NCBI GenBank assembly: GCA_029258835.1
Contig: JAPDJY010000012.1
Location: 1 to 61,274 of the forward strand
Origin: Thermoproteota archaeon
GTDB lineage: Archaea; Asgardarchaeota; Jordiarchaeia; Jordiarchaeales; Freyrarchaeaceae
Direction of reading: 5' to 3'
DNA: 61,274 bases
Position 1 is the stretch's first letter, and each line of letters begins with the position of its first letter. The notes under the pieces are model-generated. The model saw only the letters and a list, made by a program, of their open reading frames with translations. It did no database searches and was not told where the DNA came from. This document shows positions 1-10,174 of this stretch, in pieces. A program made the translations under genes and the position numbers.

Positions 1-1
1 C

Positions 2-115
2 CCCGAAAACGGGGTCAACGCCACGCTGCCCCGAGTACTGCCTCCACCCCCAGGATACGTACTGGAGGCCGTGGTATCTGCCTGGGATGCCGTGAGAAAT
101 CAGGGGGTTAAGTAG
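2..115 (+). CDS. 3' end of upstream gene (partial), probably ABC substrate-binding protein
   Basis: Open frame PENGVNATLPRV...RNQGVK* ends at TAG 113-115, directly before two ABC permeases; identity from context only. Confidence 0.4.
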   Translation, partial: PENGVNATLPRVLPPPPGYVLEAVVSAWDAVRNQGVK

Positions 116-1030
116 TTGAGCTCCAGCAGAGAGAAAGGCGGAAAAACGAGGGTTGCCACCTACCATGCGTTAGAATCGGTTTTCTCGGCTAGATGGTTCC
201 TCCTCCTTAGGGACTCACTTATAATTTTAGCCATCATCGTCCTCTTACTAGCACCAATCCTTTACCTCGGGAAGTACGCAATAACAGACTGGTGGGAAAT
301 CGACTTCAACGTGTTTAACCATCCTGTAATCCACTCGACCAGGTGGGAGGCAATAAAGAACAGTTTAATTTTGTCTTTTAAGCTAGCACTCTACGCCACC
401 CTACTCGACGTCGCCCTCGGAATCCCTGTTGCCATCGCACTGCAGAAGGACATTCCAGGACGACGCATCCTAGACACCCTCGTCAACGTCCCCCTCGCTA
501 CGCCAACGAGCGCCCTCGGCTTCGCCACGTTGATCTTTTGGGGGACCCGGGCTGGCATCGGCGGCATTCTAGGCCTTCAGACAGGTTTATTTAGCCTCGA
601 CGAGCTCGTCGGCGGGAACATTTTCGGCTTTCCTCCGCTACTTTTGCTAGCCCACGTCTCCTTCACCTTCCCATACATTGTTCGTTCGGTGTCAGCCGTA
701 CTTGAAGGAATAGATGTGACGTATAGTGAAGCAGCCCAGACCCTTGGGGCCAAAAGCTTCACAAGGTTCCGCACAGTAACCCTCCCCCTAATGGCTCCAG
801 GGGTCTTCGCAGGGGCGATTCTGGCGTTCACCAGAAGCCTAGGGGAGACAGGGGCTTCAATAATAGTTGCAGGCGTCTTTGTTACGGCGCCAATCTTAGT
901 TGTAGAGTGGAAAGCCGAGGTCTTAATAGCGTCCGCCGCCTTTCTAAGCATGATACTTGTCGTCTTGGCATGCATCTCTATCTTCGTTTTCAGAAAGCTG
1001 ATGGGTGCCGCCTTCGCAAGGGCACTCTAG
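116..1030 (+). CDS. ABC transporter permease (CysT/ModB/FbpB-like)
   Basis: Multiple TM segments, EAA loop SEAAQTLGAKSF, LAFTRSLGETGA. Confidence 0.9.
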   Translation: MSSSREKGGKTRVATYHALESVFSARWFLLLRDSLIILAIIVLLLAPILYLGKYAITDWWEIDFNVFNHPVIHSTRWEAIKNSLILSFKLALYATLLDVALGIPVAIALQKDIPGRRILDTLVNVPLATPTSALGFATLIFWGTRAGIGGILGLQTGLFSLDELVGGNIFGFPPLLLLAHVSFTFPYIVRSVSAVLEGIDVTYSEAAQTLGAKSFTRFRTVTLPLMAPGVFAGAILAFTRSLGETGASIIVAGVFVTAPILVVEWKAEVLIASAAFLSMILVVLACISIFVFRKLMGAAFARAL

Positions 1031-1033
1031 GGG

Positions 1034-1894
1034 ATGATGGAGATGCGGAGGAGGCAGATGCCGAAGGCTGTCAGAGGGATCGACGCGATCCTGTCCTCCA
1101 AGCCTGTTAAGCTTTTAGGGTACTCGTTGGTGTTCCTCGTCTTAACGCTAGTCGTTTTTGCACCCATCTTCTATGTTTTCTATTACACTTGGAGGTGGTG
1201 GAACTACTCTCCCTATACCTATGACGTGACGGCGGGTGTTCAATACCAGTTTTTCTATTCACCACAAAACGTTTATGAGAGATTCATTGAAAGCCTAATA
1301 AACTCCCTTTTAATTGCGGCATCCGTGACGCTGATTGACATCGGCGTAGGAATACCAATCGGCTTCTTCCTTGTTAGGAGAAAGCTTCCAGGAATAACTG
1401 TTTTGGACACTTTAACAAACGTCCCTTTAATAATTCCCTCCTCGGCGCTAGGCTTCGCAGTTTACCTTCTTTGGGGCTCTCCTAAAGGCTTCTCCCTGAT
1501 TCAACCGGGATTATGGCTTATAATGCTCACACACGTGGTTTTCACGTCACCGTACGTGATAAGGTCGGTGTACGCGCAATTACTGAATTACGACGTCTCC
1601 CTCGAAGAGGCGGCGAGGGTTCTAGGTGCCTCCCCATTAAAGGCATTTACAACCGTCACGTTACCGGTGATTAAGCCGGGAATAATATCCGGCGCAATTC
1701 TAGCCTTCACCAGAAGCTTGGGGGAGACGGGGGCAACCCTAGTCGTCATGGGCTCCGCCAGAACGGTTCCAGTCTTAGTCGTTGACCTGGTGGAGCAGCA
1801 ACTATGGCCTGCTGCCGCCCTAGCGTCATCCATCCTCATGCTGATCTCATTCATCTTTACGATAACCTTTAACTATCTCAGCGCAAGAACTTAA
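1034..1894 (+). CDS. ABC transporter permease, paralog of the preceding gene
   Basis: EEAARVLGASP EAA motif, LAFTRSLGETGA. Confidence 0.9.
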   Translation: MMEMRRRQMPKAVRGIDAILSSKPVKLLGYSLVFLVLTLVVFAPIFYVFYYTWRWWNYSPYTYDVTAGVQYQFFYSPQNVYERFIESLINSLLIAASVTLIDIGVGIPIGFFLVRRKLPGITVLDTLTNVPLIIPSSALGFAVYLLWGSPKGFSLIQPGLWLIMLTHVVFTSPYVIRSVYAQLLNYDVSLEEAARVLGASPLKAFTTVTLPVIKPGIISGAILAFTRSLGETGATLVVMGSARTVPVLVVDLVEQQLWPAAALASSILMLISFIFTITFNYLSART

Positions 1895-2008
1895 CATTTA
1901 ACCGCTAACCGGAGACCTTCCTCCTTAGGGCACATCCTCCCACTAAAAGAATTATTTTATTTGCCCCCATAACTGTTTATACGGTCCCCCATCAAGACCG
2001 ACTAAAGC

Positions 2009-2983
2009 GTGAGAGGTGCTAAGTTGGACATTAAAGGTAAAAGCGTCCTCGTCACTGGCGGATGCGGCTTCATAGGAAGCCACTTGGTAGACAGACTGGT
2101 TGAAAAGGAGTGCAATGTCACCGTGCTAGACGACCTTTCCAGCTCCACGACTGAGTACCTCGAACCCCACCGCAGGGAAGGTAAAGTCAACGTTGTGGTC
2201 GGAGACGTATGTGACTATAACATGGTTAAGAAGTGCGTGGAGGACGTTGACGTTGTCTTCCATTTCGCGGCTCAAGCAGACGTTAGGAGAAGCGTGCTAG
2301 ACCCTCGTACAGACTTTAATGTGAACGTTCATGGTACTGTAAACGTGCTCGAAGCAATGCGGAACAGCGGTGCTGAGAAGATCATATTTGCTTCAAGTGG
2401 TGGAACGCTTTACGGCGTCGCTAAAAGGATGCCGACGCCGGAGGACACACCTCCCGCCCCTATTAGCCCCTACGGCGCCTCGAAAGCCTCGTCTGAAATG
2501 TATCTTTCAGCGTACCATGCATGTTATGGAATATCAGCCATATCATTAAGGTACGCTAATATAATTGGGCCTCGCTCAACCCATGGTGTCATATATGATT
2601 TCTACTGGAAGCTTAAGAGGAACCCGAAGCGGCTTTTAATACTTGGCGACGGAAGCCAAAGGAAATCGTACATGTACATTTCCGACTGTATCGACGCCAC
2701 ATTACACATAGCGGAAAAAGTGGATTGCTTTGAAGTGTTCAACGTAGGGTCTGAAGAGTGGCTTTCAGTGAAAGAGCTGGCGGAGCTAACCGTTAAAGAG
2801 TTGAACCTCAAAAACGTAGAATTCCATTATACCGGTGGAAAGCAGGGATGGTCCGGGGATGTCCCCTTAGTTCTCTTGGATGTTTCTAAATTGAAGAAGA
2901 TCGGCTGGACGCCCAAGGTTACAATAGAGGAAGGTGTAAAGAGATATGTAAGGTGGCTGGTTGAGCGCTTTGGGAGTATTTGA
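2009..2983 (+). CDS. NAD-dependent epimerase/dehydratase (UDP-glucose 4-epimerase-like)
   Basis: VTGGCGFIGSHL Rossmann motif, YGASK catalytic motif. Confidence 0.9.
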   Translation: MRGAKLDIKGKSVLVTGGCGFIGSHLVDRLVEKECNVTVLDDLSSSTTEYLEPHRREGKVNVVVGDVCDYNMVKKCVEDVDVVFHFAAQADVRRSVLDPRTDFNVNVHGTVNVLEAMRNSGAEKIIFASSGGTLYGVAKRMPTPEDTPPAPISPYGASKASSEMYLSAYHACYGISAISLRYANIIGPRSTHGVIYDFYWKLKRNPKRLLILGDGSQRKSYMYISDCIDATLHIAEKVDCFEVFNVGSEEWLSVKELAELTVKELNLKNVEFHYTGGKQGWSGDVPLVLLDVSKLKKIGWTPKVTIEEGVKRYVRWLVERFGSI

Positions 2984-3381
2984 AGCATTCAATGAATGGG
3001 GAGAAGGACGTGAAGTGTGCTCGTTGCGGCAAATGCTGCCATGAAACTGAAATGCTTCTTTCACGAAGAGACATAGAAAGGCTAGAAAAGAGAGGCTATA
3101 GGAGAAGCGATTTCGCCGTAAGGCTGCCTAATGGACTATACCAGCTTAGGAACGTCAACGGTGTATGCTACTTCTTTAAGGATGGCTTATGCAGCGTCTA
3201 CAAGGATAGGCCTGAAGGTTGCAGATATTACCCTGTAATATTATCGGAAAATGGCAGGCGCTGCATCCGTGATCCCCTCTGCCCTAATAGCAAAACGGTT
3301 TCCAAAGAAGAATTGAAAAGGATTTGCATTAAACTTAAACGGCTCTATAAGGAAATACTTTCGTTTACTCTTCAGGGGTAG
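2980..3381 (+). CDS. YkgJ-family cysteine-cluster protein
   Basis: CARCGKCC...CYF...CSVYKDRPEGCRYYP. Confidence 0.85.
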   Translation: MKHSMNGEKDVKCARCGKCCHETEMLLSRRDIERLEKRGYRRSDFAVRLPNGLYQLRNVNGVCYFFKDGLCSVYKDRPEGCRYYPVILSENGRRCIRDPLCPNSKTVSKEELKRICIKLKRLYKEILSFTLQG

Positions 3382-3838
3382 GCACTTCTATTGTTTCTCC
3401 GTTAACTTTCAATGTGACGTGTATGGGGAGCCCCTCCCTCAAAGACTCCGATATGACGCAGTACTTCCTAAAAACCTTAATGCACCATTCTAAGTTTTCC
3501 AAGTCTTCTTCGCTCATAGAAGGATGGAACGCCTTCACCTCAACGTCCACTAAGCCGATACGTACCATTCCCTTCTTACGAACATACCTTCCCCTAACTT
3601 TAACGTTAACCTTTTCAATGGGTACACCAAATTTTCGCGCTGCATATACGAATGACGACGCGGTGCACCCCCCTATCGAGACAAGCAGGTAGTCTGCAGG
3701 GTTAGGTGCGGAATCGTGCCCCTCAGGTTCAAGTTCATCCATGTAAAACTCAGGGAAATCAGCTACTTTAACCTCAAAAAGGAAATCCCTAAGCCACCGC
3801 AGGTCAACCTCGAAGACCTTTGACTTCCCCCGCCCCAT
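3365..3838 (-). CDS. OsmC/Ohr-family protein
   Basis: APNPADYLLVSIGGC and KYCVISESL two-Cys pattern. Confidence 0.85.
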   Translation of the reverse strand: MGRGKSKVFEVDLRWLRDFLFEVKVADFPEFYMDELEPEGHDSAPNPADYLLVSIGGCTASSFVYAARKFGVPIEKVNVKVRGRYVRKKGMVRIGLVDVEVKAFHPSMSEEDLENLEWCIKVFRKYCVISESLREGLPIHVTLKVNGETIEVPTPEE

Positions 3839-4061
3839 AAGGAGGCCCCTTGCTTGTTTTGATGGATAAAATTCCCGATCAAACCCACCTTTTCAAAAAT
3901 AAATCTTTTTTTCCTTTCCTCCAATGGTTCTTCCAATTTAATAGCCTACTTAATCTCTTTAGCGCTCTTTTAGTATTCCATTGCTTTTCTCATGCCTTCA
4001 TTACTTCCCCTCTAATCTAAGATTTCCTAGGGAAACAAAAAGCTTTTATGAATGAATTCAT

Positions 4062-4706
4062 GTGTCAAGAATTGAGGTAAAACGTTGGAAGAGCGTTGTG
4101 ACCTTGAGAACGCTAAAGCGTGCAATGCTTGAAATATGTAAAAGCATTTCTGATTGTATTGAAAACATAAATGACGATGAAGTTGACCAACTAGTTAATC
4201 TGCTGATTGAAGGGTGGAAGAACTCCAAGAGAATTTTCATTACTGGAGCAGGAAGATCGGGGCTTATGGGGCGGGCGTTTGCCATGCGCCTTATGCATCT
4301 AGGCTATGATGTCTTCGTCGTAGGCGAAACGATAACCCCCGCCCTAAGAGAAGGCGACATACTTATCGCAATAAGCGGGTCTGGAAGGACAAAACTTGTC
4401 GTGGAGACATCTAAGATAGCAAAGGAGGACATTAGGGCTAAAGTTATAGCTATTACGTCTTATCCTGACTCTCCACTAGGAAGAATAGCCGATCATGTTG
4501 TGGTAGTTAAAGGACGTACTAAGTACTCTTTGAGGGATGACTACATCTCCAGACAGATAAAGGGTGAACACTCGCCCTTAACCCCCCTAGGAACTCTTTT
4601 TGAAAGTAGTGTTCTAGCGTTCCTAGATGGCCTCATCGCCGAGCTAATGGAGAAAACAGGGAAGAGAGAAGAGGATCTCTTAAAGCAACATTCCACACTG
4701 GAATAA
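4062..4706 (+). CDS. hxlB: 6-phospho-3-hexuloisomerase (SIS domain)
   Basis: GAGRSGLMGRAFAMRLMHLG, ISGSG, PLGTLFE, C-terminal HSTLE. Confidence 0.92.
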   Translation: MSRIEVKRWKSVVTLRTLKRAMLEICKSISDCIENINDDEVDQLVNLLIEGWKNSKRIFITGAGRSGLMGRAFAMRLMHLGYDVFVVGETITPALREGDILIAISGSGRTKLVVETSKIAKEDIRAKVIAITSYPDSPLGRIADHVVVVKGRTKYSLRDDYISRQIKGEHSPLTPLGTLFESSVLAFLDGLIAELMEKTGKREEDLLKQHSTLE

Positions 4707-4743
4707 ATATTTCCTTATGGCAATTATCTTTTCAAGAGATTAT

Positions 4744-5829
4744 TTACGGGATCCTAAATGTGTTACCTAAGCCTATGATTAATACTGGCTGCCTACATTT
4801 CTCAATTAGCGACTTCACGGCATCCTTCGCTTTTTCCACAGCCCTCCTCAAGTTTTCATTCATTTCTTCAGTGAACTCTTTTTCTGAAAGCTTTATTAAA
4901 ATCGAAATTACAGGGAGCCTCTTCCTCGCTACTATTTTTTCAATTTGATATTTTAATGGTTCAGGGGCGGCCGCTACACCTATCGCCTGGCTCATTGCAC
5001 CGCTTTTTTCTCCTTCCATCTTCGCCTGCGCGTTCACTATGATTATGAGTGGTTTCCCCAGCCTACGCACTTCTCTAACGACGACCTTTCCCATATTTTT
5101 CCCGGTTCTCGCTCCAGGGCCTTTCGGCTTAATGATCACTATCTGCTTGTTGTGGTCGCGTTTCTCCGCAATCAAAACTTCACCATCCACTTTTACGTCC
5201 TCTGCTCCCTCCATCATTTCGTACGCGGTAAGCGCTCCCACACCCCACCCCATGGGTAATGATCCCTGGAGGTACGTTTTTACCGCGTTGAAGCTCCTTT
5301 CAGCTTCCCTCTTCAGGAAATGCAGCTGTGTTAGTGCTTGCACTAAAACTGTTAAATTCCTAGACTTTACTCCCGTAAAGTAAAAATGCTTCACTACCTT
5401 GTATATTCTATTTAGCCTAGAGGCCTCTAGGAAAACTTGCTTCATGTTCGCCTTAAGCTCGTTGTCCGCTTGAGGAATTAAAAGGTCTATTTTCCTCTCT
5501 ATTTGTTCGCTGGCTGCTTCTAGAATCTGTTCTAACCTTTCTATGGAGCCAACAGGTTCGTCACCAACTGGAGGAACGATGAAAAAGTTGGTTAACGTTT
5601 CATAGTGTGGTTCAACATCTTGCCAGCTTACTCCAATTTTTTTGATTTCTTCCTTGATGATTCTCTTTACATCAGAAACTTCTTCTTCTAATTGCTTCAG
5701 AAACCTTTTCAGGTCTCTGAACTCGAAAAAGAAGGCCAGCTCTTGCCGGTAGCCTGCGAGGAAGCATATAAGGAAAAGGATTAAGTAGCTTAAAGCGTAA
5801 ACGATGAATTGGTTGTTTAGCTCATTCAT
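4744..5829 (-). CDS. DUF1512-like conserved archaeal protein
   Basis: N-terminal TM; KPKGPGARTGK, AKMEGEKSG..IGVA, IIGLGNT motifs recalled from this family. Confidence 0.7.
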   Translation of the reverse strand: MNELNNQFIVYALSYLILFLICFLAGYRQELAFFFEFRDLKRFLKQLEEEVSDVKRIIKEEIKKIGVSWQDVEPHYETLTNFFIVPPVGDEPVGSIERLEQILEAASEQIERKIDLLIPQADNELKANMKQVFLEASRLNRIYKVVKHFYFTGVKSRNLTVLVQALTQLHFLKREAERSFNAVKTYLQGSLPMGWGVGALTAYEMMEGAEDVKVDGEVLIAEKRDHNKQIVIIKPKGPGARTGKNMGKVVVREVRRLGKPLIIIVNAQAKMEGEKSGAMSQAIGVAAAPEPLKYQIEKIVARKRLPVISILIKLSEKEFTEEMNENLRRAVEKAKDAVKSLIEKCRQPVLIIGLGNTFRIP

Positions 5830-6347
5830 TTACCTTTCACCTTCATTTGCTCCCGGATTTGGGTTAATCTTTGCAGCAGTAACTCTATCTTCTCTTTTTT
5901 CTGTTTTAGAAACGTGATTAAGCGGTCTATTTCATCTAGGTCTAAAGTGATCTGTGACGTTATTGCTGAATAATCAACATTCTCCTGATCATACATTGTC
6001 CTGTTAAAAATTGACTTAAAGAGTCTTGCTACCTTTCTTCGTGTTGCGATCATTTTTTCCAGAGCGCTCAATCCCTTGTCGGTTATGTAGTACCTTTTCT
6101 TCATACGGGGCGTGTCCTCCCCCCGCACCCAAACACCTTTTACCAGTCCTTCCTCCTCTAACTTTTTAAGTACAGGGTAAATACTTCCACTAGTAGACTT
6201 CAGCCATCCATCAGTACAGTTTCGTATACGCTTCATCAACTCGTATCCATGGGTAGGCTTTTGACTGAGAGTGAGTAAAACCATGAACTTTGTAATGCTC
6301 TCCTTAGCCTTCTCTACCCATATCTCATCATCATTACCTGTAGGCAA
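5826..6347 (-). CDS. PadR-family transcriptional regulator
   Basis: HGYELMKRI, GSIYPVLKKLEEEGLV, KRYYITDKG; divergent from ABC-2 exporter. Confidence 0.92.
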   Translation of the reverse strand: MPTGNDDEIWVEKAKESITKFMVLLTLSQKPTHGYELMKRIRNCTDGWLKSTSGSIYPVLKKLEEEGLVKGVWVRGEDTPRMKKRYYITDKGLSALEKMIATRRKVARLFKSIFNRTMYDQENVDYSAITSQITLDLDEIDRLITFLKQKKEKIELLLQRLTQIREQMKVKGK

Positions 6348-6517
6348 CTAATCACCCTAGATTCCTCAAAACCTTCTTGGTCAGACCTCTTACTTTCACC
6401 TAGCGGTAAATTTAAAAGGATATTTAAATATGTTGCTGTTAGATATAATCGCAACTGCTCATAATATATTATTTATATTATTACAGCGCCTTTACAGCGC
6501 CGCCTCAGGTGACGTGA

Positions 6518-7513
6518 ATGAAAATAGTCAAAGTGAGAAACCTAACAAAGGTTTACAATGGGAAAGTTTTAGCGCTTGACAAAGTGAGTTTTGAAGTGGA
6601 GGAAGGAGAAATATTTGGGTTCTTAGGGCCGAACGGTGCCGGTAAAACGACAACGATCCACATTCTATGCACACTTATTTCACCCACAAGCGGCTTAGCC
6701 AAGGTTTGTGGTTTCGACGTCACGAAGAACCCAGACGAGGTAAGAAAAAGAATAGGTTTTGTTCCCCAAGATATAAGCGTCGACGACGACTTAACTGCAA
6801 GAGAGAATTTAGAGCTCCACGCTAAATTATATCATATGTCTAAGCATGAGCGTGAAAGGAAAATAGACGAGGTTCTCGAATTGGTTGGGTTATACGAGCG
6901 AAGCAACCATCTAGTGAAAACCTTTTCTGGGGGTATGCGGCGTAAGCTTGAAATAGCTGAAGGACTGCTTCATAGTCCAAGCGTGCTTTTCTTAGATGAG
7001 CCAACAATAGGCCTCGACCCGTCAAGTAGGCTCTCTATATGGGAGCAATTAAAGGAGTTAAATAGGGAAGGGGTAACCATATTTCTGACAACCCATTACA
7101 TGGATGAAGCTGATAGGCTCTGTGACCGCATCGCCATAATAGATTTTGGTAAAATTAAGGCGGTGGGCAGCCCTAATGAGCTTAAAAGGAGCGTGGGGGG
7201 AGACGTCCTCTTACTCCGCTCCAACAGTGACAACCTCCTCATGGAGCACCTAGCCAATCTTTCATTTATTGGAGAAATAACCCCTGTAAACGGGCTGTTA
7301 CGGATAACCGTTAAAGACGGAGAAAAGGCGATACCGATCATATTCGAGGAGGCTAAAAGAATTGGAGTAACCATTGAAAGCGTCTCTCTGAGTAAACCAT
7401 CCCTAGACGATGTTTTCGTCAAATATACTGGAAGAAGTTTGAGGGAGGAAAAGATCGATAAAATAGAGCGGTATAAGCAGTACATGTTGATGAGGAGAAG
7501 GAGAAGACGGTAG
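6518..7513 (+). CDS. DrrA-type ABC exporter ATPase
   Basis: GPNGAGKTT, FSGGMRRK, LFLDEPT, TTHYMDEA. Confidence 0.93.
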   Translation: MKIVKVRNLTKVYNGKVLALDKVSFEVEEGEIFGFLGPNGAGKTTTIHILCTLISPTSGLAKVCGFDVTKNPDEVRKRIGFVPQDISVDDDLTARENLELHAKLYHMSKHERERKIDEVLELVGLYERSNHLVKTFSGGMRRKLEIAEGLLHSPSVLFLDEPTIGLDPSSRLSIWEQLKELNREGVTIFLTTHYMDEADRLCDRIAIIDFGKIKAVGSPNELKRSVGGDVLLLRSNSDNLLMEHLANLSFIGEITPVNGLLRITVKDGEKAIPIIFEEAKRIGVTIESVSLSKPSLDDVFVKYTGRSLREEKIDKIERYKQYMLMRRRRRR

Positions 7514-7524
7514 AAGGTGGTATT

Positions 7525-8421
7525 TTGCTGAAGGAAGCATGGTACATCTGTGAAAGGGAGCTTAAGCACTTTACTAGGATGCGTGTTCAGATAATCTCAA
7601 GCATAGCTACACCGGTGATATGGCTCGTCTTCTTCGGGTACTCAATGAGTATGATGCCTCTTGGCTTTGGCGGTTTAGGCGCCATCATTGGAGGCGAAAG
7701 AAACGCCATGGTTCAATTGTTCATCGCCAGCCTAAATTTACCCCAACCGTTAGGGTTGATCCTCTCTAATCGGTTGGAAATCTCATACTTGGATTTCTTT
7801 TATTCGGGCGTTATAGCTGTAACCGTGATGTTCGCATCCATATTTAATGGTTTATCGGTGATTTGGGATAAACGCTTCGGCTTTCTCAATAAGCTTCTCG
7901 TTGCACCCATCCCTCGCCTATCAATAATGCTTGGGAAAACGTTGTTTGCAATGATAAGAGCTACCCTTCAGGGAGTTATAATCTTGTCATTAAGCTTCCT
8001 GATTGGCGCAAAGGTGTACACCGGAGTTTTAGGCGTCGCATTAGCGATCCTTTTCATGATGCTTTTCAGCCTTGGCTTCGGAGCTCTTTCAACATCCCTA
8101 GGGTTAAAACTAGCAGACCAAGAAGCTCTCTTCGGAATAATAAACATGATAACGCTTCCTCTCTTCCTAGCGAGCGGCGCTTTCATGCCTATAGAATTCA
8201 TGCCCAGCTGGTTGCAAGTATTCGCCTACGGGAACCCGTTAACCTACGCTGTCGACGCTCTGAGAACCAGCCTTCTAGGCGGCCCCTACTCAGCCTTCGG
8301 ACCACCCTTCTCACTAATAAATATCGCACCAAAACTGATGAAGGACTTGGCAGTGCTTTCCGCATTTACACTATTCTTCCTATCCTTCGGAACACTCATC
8401 TTTAGAAAATCTCTCACCTGA
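7525..8421 (+). CDS. ABC-2 type permease
   Basis: TM pattern, NPLTYAVDALR. Confidence 0.9.
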   Translation: MLKEAWYICERELKHFTRMRVQIISSIATPVIWLVFFGYSMSMMPLGFGGLGAIIGGERNAMVQLFIASLNLPQPLGLILSNRLEISYLDFFYSGVIAVTVMFASIFNGLSVIWDKRFGFLNKLLVAPIPRLSIMLGKTLFAMIRATLQGVIILSLSFLIGAKVYTGVLGVALAILFMMLFSLGFGALSTSLGLKLADQEALFGIINMITLPLFLASGAFMPIEFMPSWLQVFAYGNPLTYAVDALRTSLLGGPYSAFGPPFSLINIAPKLMKDLAVLSAFTLFFLSFGTLIFRKSLT

Positions 8422-8444
8422 ACTTTCAATTTCCAAACTCTGGA

Positions 8445-9548
8445 TCATCCTTTCAACGCTTCCGTTAAGGGTATCCTTGGATGTGCGTAGACGTTGCAGT
8501 CGCTTGGCTTAAACGTTAAAAATACTCGTTCACCGGCCTTCACTTTGTTCAATGGAGGGAGGTACGTTACCACTTTTACACCGTTTTTAAGGCGGATCGT
8601 AGCCCTAGACGTTGCGCCTAGAAACACTATGTCGTCGACGGCCCCCTGCAGGACACCTTCCTCCACGCTTTTTCTGAAATATATTTTCTCGGGTCTTACG
8701 GCTACAACCACCCTACTACCTCTACTGAAGCCTTCGCCCTTCACAGCGACGTAATCGGTGCTTCCCTCCAACTTTACTTTTAACAGGTCATTCTCTCTCC
8801 CAATTACTACGCCTTCAAGGAAGTTCATTTCTCCAATAAACCCGGCTACGAAGAGCGTTCTCGGCTGCAAATAAACCTCCATCGGCGTTCCAACCTGTTC
8901 GATTCGTCCTCTACGCATAACCACGATGCGGTCGCTAACCACCATCGCCTCTTCGGTATCATGAGTGACGTGGATAGCCGTTATTCTCAAGTCCTTTACG
9001 AGACGTTTAAGCTCCCTCCTTAATTCAACCCTTATCTTCGCATCTAAGGCGCCTAAAGGCTCGTCCAATAAGAGCAGCCTAGTTTCCGTTGAAAGAGCCC
9101 TAGACAATGCAACGCGCTGCTGCATACCTCCACTTAGCTCTCTAGGGTAAGCATCCTCCCTCCCTGACAAATTGACCAGGTTCAGCATCTCCCTTGCGAC
9201 TTCCTCCGTTCTCCGTTCATCCCACCCCCTCACCCACGGGCCGTAGGTAACGTTCTCCCAAACGTTCATGTGAGGGAAAAGGGCATAGTTCTGGAAAACA
9301 AAGCCGATACCTCTCTCTTCAGGTGGAAGCTCGCTGACGTCCACGCCGTCAATTAAAACGCGTCCTTTATCAGGTTTAACAAGTCCGGCAATTATACGTA
9401 GGGTAGTAGTCTTACCGCAACCACTTGGGCCGACAATAGTAACGTACTCGCAGTCTTCAACTTTTAAGTTGACATTATCCACTGCCACGATCCTACCAAA
9501 CCTCTTACTGACATTTACAAGTTCCACACTGGGCAACCTATACTCCAC
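8445..9548 (-). CDS. ABC importer ATPase (PotA/CysA/FbpC-like) with TOBE domain
   Basis: GPSGCGKTT, FQNYALFPH, LSGGMQQR, LLLDEP. Confidence 0.93.
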   Translation of the reverse strand: MEYRLPSVELVNVSKRFGRIVAVDNVNLKVEDCEYVTIVGPSGCGKTTTLRIIAGLVKPDKGRVLIDGVDVSELPPEERGIGFVFQNYALFPHMNVWENVTYGPWVRGWDERRTEEVAREMLNLVNLSGREDAYPRELSGGMQQRVALSRALSTETRLLLLDEPLGALDAKIRVELRRELKRLVKDLRITAIHVTHDTEEAMVVSDRIVVMRRGRIEQVGTPMEVYLQPRTLFVAGFIGEMNFLEGVVIGRENDLLKVKLEGSTDYVAVKGEGFSRGSRVVVAVRPEKIYFRKSVEEGVLQGAVDDIVFLGATSRATIRLKNGVKVVTYLPPLNKVKAGERVFLTFKPSDCNVYAHPRIPLTEALKG

Positions 9549-9704
9549 CTAAGGCGTCTCTCAGGAGAAGTCTTCATCAACTAACACGCTGTCCGCTCCC
9601 TGAACCTTTCCAAGGCACAATTAAGCTGCTATAAGTTTAAAGCTTTTCCTAACCGTTTCATGTATGCCTCTAAAACTTTTACCTTCCTATCTTCCATTGT
9701 CACA

Positions 9705-9720
9705 GTAAAGTTCAAATATT
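9705..9720 (+). promoter_or_regulatory. BRE/TATA-like element upstream of H/ACA RNA
   Basis: GTAAAGTTCAAATATT about 25 nt upstream of the first hairpin. Confidence 0.4.
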
Positions 9721-9739
9721 CCCGGACCATACCTACTCA

Positions 9740-10035
9740 TAGCCCCCTCATCGAGGACTAGGCCAACCGACCTGGTTAGGTTGGAATGAGGTCTAGGGCA
9801 AGGAGAGGGGCTACAGTGAAGGGGAGGGTGCCGCGTAACATCCCATTTGACGGGCCTTCACGGAGGTGCTGGTATTAAACCAGCCGATGATGTAGGGTTA
9901 ACCCAAATGGGAGACAGCGGCTTGGAGACGCCAAGATTGCTCCCAGGTTCCGAGAGCACGGTTGAGAGGGACGTATGTTCCACCGTGATACCCGTGTGTT
10001 AGTTACCTAGGGAACATGGCGTCTCCCCCTCCCTA
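9740..10035 (+). ncRNA. Three-hairpin box H/ACA guide RNA
   Basis: Three GC-rich hairpins with internal pockets, each followed by ACA (9813, 9914, 10014); K-turn-like GA motifs in hairpins 2 and 3; pocket 1 (CATCGAGG/GCAAG) perfectly brackets 23S CTTGC-TT-CCTCGATG at 16384-16398. Confidence 0.8.
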
Positions 10036-10174
10036 ACCCCCTTAAATTTACAGGGGACAGTTTCCAAAAGCGAAACCGCTCATTTTTACCCGCTTTCTAG
10101 TCAGAAGTTTTAAAAGTATTTTTGCTGTTAAAGAGTTTTAGGCTGAAAAAGAGGGTAGCTAAGGGTGGGATTAT

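Noticed and set aside
9740-10035. SRP RNA or RNase P RNA
   Set aside because: No SRP helix-8 GGAA/AGCAG motif and no RNase P GAGGAAAGTCC/ACAGAA on either strand; the ACA-tailed hairpins fit H/ACA better
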